A stretch of 32,000 bases of DNA from Ktedonobacterales bacterium. Its GTDB lineage: Bacteria; Chloroflexota; Ktedonobacteria; Ktedonobacterales; JADMIN01. The stretch is taken from positions 4,710,001 through 4,742,000 of the forward strand of contig CP126532.1 of the NCBI GenBank assembly GCA_030167145.1, in the 5' to 3' direction. Positions within the stretch are counted from its first letter, which is position 1; every line of letters begins with the position of its first letter. Below, piece after piece: positions 30,830-32,000 of the stretch. The translations under genes were made by a program, and so were the position numbers. The notes beneath the pieces are model-generated. The model saw only the letters and a program-made list of their open reading frames with translations. It was not told where the DNA came from and ran no database searches.

Positions 30830-32000
30830 ATGAAGGACCTGACTCCCCAACAGATCGTCAGGGAGCTGGACCGCTATATTGTGGGGCAGGTCGAGGCGAA
30901 GCGAGTCGTGGCGGTGGCGCTACGCAATCGTTTTCGCCGATTGTCGTTGCCTGCTGACGTGCAGGCGGAGATCACTCCCAAGAATATCTTGATGATTGGG
31001 CCGACAGGCGTGGGCAAGACGGAAATTGCGCGGCGGTTGGCAAAGCTGGCTGATGCGCCATTCGTGAAGGTCGAGGCGACGAAGTTTACGCAGGTTGGCT
31101 ATGTTGGGCGGGATGTGGAATCCATTCTCCGTGATCTGATGGACGTGGCGATTGGCATGGCCCATGACGAGCGCGCCAACCAAGTGCGCGAGAAAGCAGC
31201 GGCACGCGCGGAGCTACGCATTCTCGACCTGCTCACTGATAAGATGTTGGCTGACGAGACGCCTCCCTCGGCGACGCGCGAAAAGGCGGCTGCGAAGTCA
31301 TCACGCAAGACCGGGGGCGCGTCTTCGCTGGCAGTGCCGGTTGCCGCATCGTCGGCGACGGTGGGTAAGCCTGCGGCGCCCGTGCCCGCGCGCCGCAAGC
31401 GCCAGCAGACACAGAAGTTGGTGGCGGAGCAATTGGCGCGGCAAGAGCTTGAAGAGCAGATGATCGAGATCGAGTTGGACCCAGAGGAAGGCTTTTCCTC
31501 GGTCTTCGAGTTCGTGGCGGGGATGTCGTCAGAAGATCTGGGTGATGGCTTCCAGGAGTTCTTGAATACGATGCCAAGTGGACGGCGCCGGAGTAAGCTG
31601 GTGTCGGTGAAAGAGGCGCGGCGGCTGCTGACGCAGGAGGAAGCCAACCGGCTGATTGACTTCGATGCGGTGATCGAACAGGCGACGCAGCGCGTCGAGC
31701 AGGCGGGTGTCGTGTTTCTGGACGAGATTGACAAGGTGGTGGGCAGCAAGGTGGATATGGGGCCGGATGTCTCTGGCGAAGGGGTGCAGCGCGACCTGCT
31801 GCCCATCGTCGAAGGCTCAACCGTGATGACGCGCTTTGGCCCGATCAAGACGGACCATATTCTCTGGATTGCGGCAGGCGCGTTCCACCATGCCAAGCCG
31901 TCTGATCTCATCCCTGAGCTACAGGGGCGCTTGCCGCTGCGTGTGGAACTTGCGTCGCTCGCCGAGGCGGATTACCACCGCATCTTGACGCAACCGGAGA
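30830..32000 (+). CDS. hslU: ATP-dependent protease ATPase subunit HslU (partial; runs off the window)
   Basis: Not in the ORF track because there is no stop in the window. My translation from ATG 30830: MKDLTPQQIVRELDRYIVGQVEAKRVVAVALRNRFRR...ILMIGPTGVGKTEIARRLAKLADAPFVKVEATKFTQVGYVGRDVESI..., later VFLDEIDKV and LIPELQGRLPLRVEL. GAGGAG lies upstream. Confidence 0.92.
   Translation, partial: MKDLTPQQIVRELDRYIVGQVEAKRVVAVALRNRFRRLSLPADVQAEITPKNILMIGPTGVGKTEIARRLAKLADAPFVKVEATKFTQVGYVGRDVESILRDLMDVAIGMAHDERANQVREKAAARAELRILDLLTDKMLADETPPSATREKAAAKSSRKTGGASSLAVPVAASSATVGKPAAPVPARRKRQQTQKLVAEQLARQELEEQMIEIELDPEEGFSSVFEFVAGMSSEDLGDGFQEFLNTMPSGRRRSKLVSVKEARRLLTQEEANRLIDFDAVIEQATQRVEQAGVVFLDEIDKVVGSKVDMGPDVSGEGVQRDLLPIVEGSTVMTRFGPIKTDHILWIAAGAFHHAKPSDLIPELQGRLPLRVELASLAEADYHRILTQPE

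Noticed and set aside
1-32000. Search for CRISPR arrays, tRNA/rRNA genes, riboswitches and IS elements
   Set aside because: I saw no regularly spaced repeats longer than two units, no tRNA-like T-arm or acceptor signatures in the intergenic regions, and no transposase-like ORFs. I could not recognise a known riboswitch core in the long leaders (2950-3326, 27209-27640). A covariance-model scan (Infernal/Rfam) would be needed to be sure.

Overview
High-GC bacterial chromosomal window, tightly packed with genes, with no rRNA, tRNA, CRISPR array, transposase or integrase that I can recognise. The gene content (ECF transporter module, CodWX-like HslVU, NadK-RecN pair, apparent leaderless and extended -10 promoters) suggests a Chloroflexota- or Gram-positive-like organism, but that is a guess. 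Most genes are housekeeping: two polar amino-acid ABC permeases, DoxX, a tandem Usp, pfkA, holA, a GT39/ArnT-like glycosyltransferase, ecfA1-ecfA2-ecfT preceded by an unusual membrane protein, a Nudix hydrolase, nadK, recN, rsfS, a frameshifted APH-like kinase, topA, hslV and partial hslU. The stand-out locus is a minus-strand, translationally coupled three-gene operon at about 15.56-21.2 kb. It encodes a divergent ECF-like sigma factor, an XRE-type HTH protein, and a 1357-aa fusion of an ImmA/IrrE (M78) metallopeptidase, a UvrD-type helicase and a Cas4/AddB-like 4-Cys domain. In that last domain the PD-(D/E)XK catalytic residues look substituted. An orphan double-FtsX permease lies 58 bp downstream. 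I read this as a candidate DNA-sensing protease switch, analogous to ImmA/ImmR, IrrE/DdrO and CapP/CapH but with the DNA-handling module fused to the protease. It could be regulatory or defence-related. Smaller observations include a probable leaderless holA, repeat-rich regions upstream of topA and hslV, a short ORF with a perfect SD overlapping the GT39 start, and structured intergenic palindromes. Many long antisense ORFs in the track are GC-driven artefacts. All calls come from reading the sequence and motifs by eye; no searches were run.
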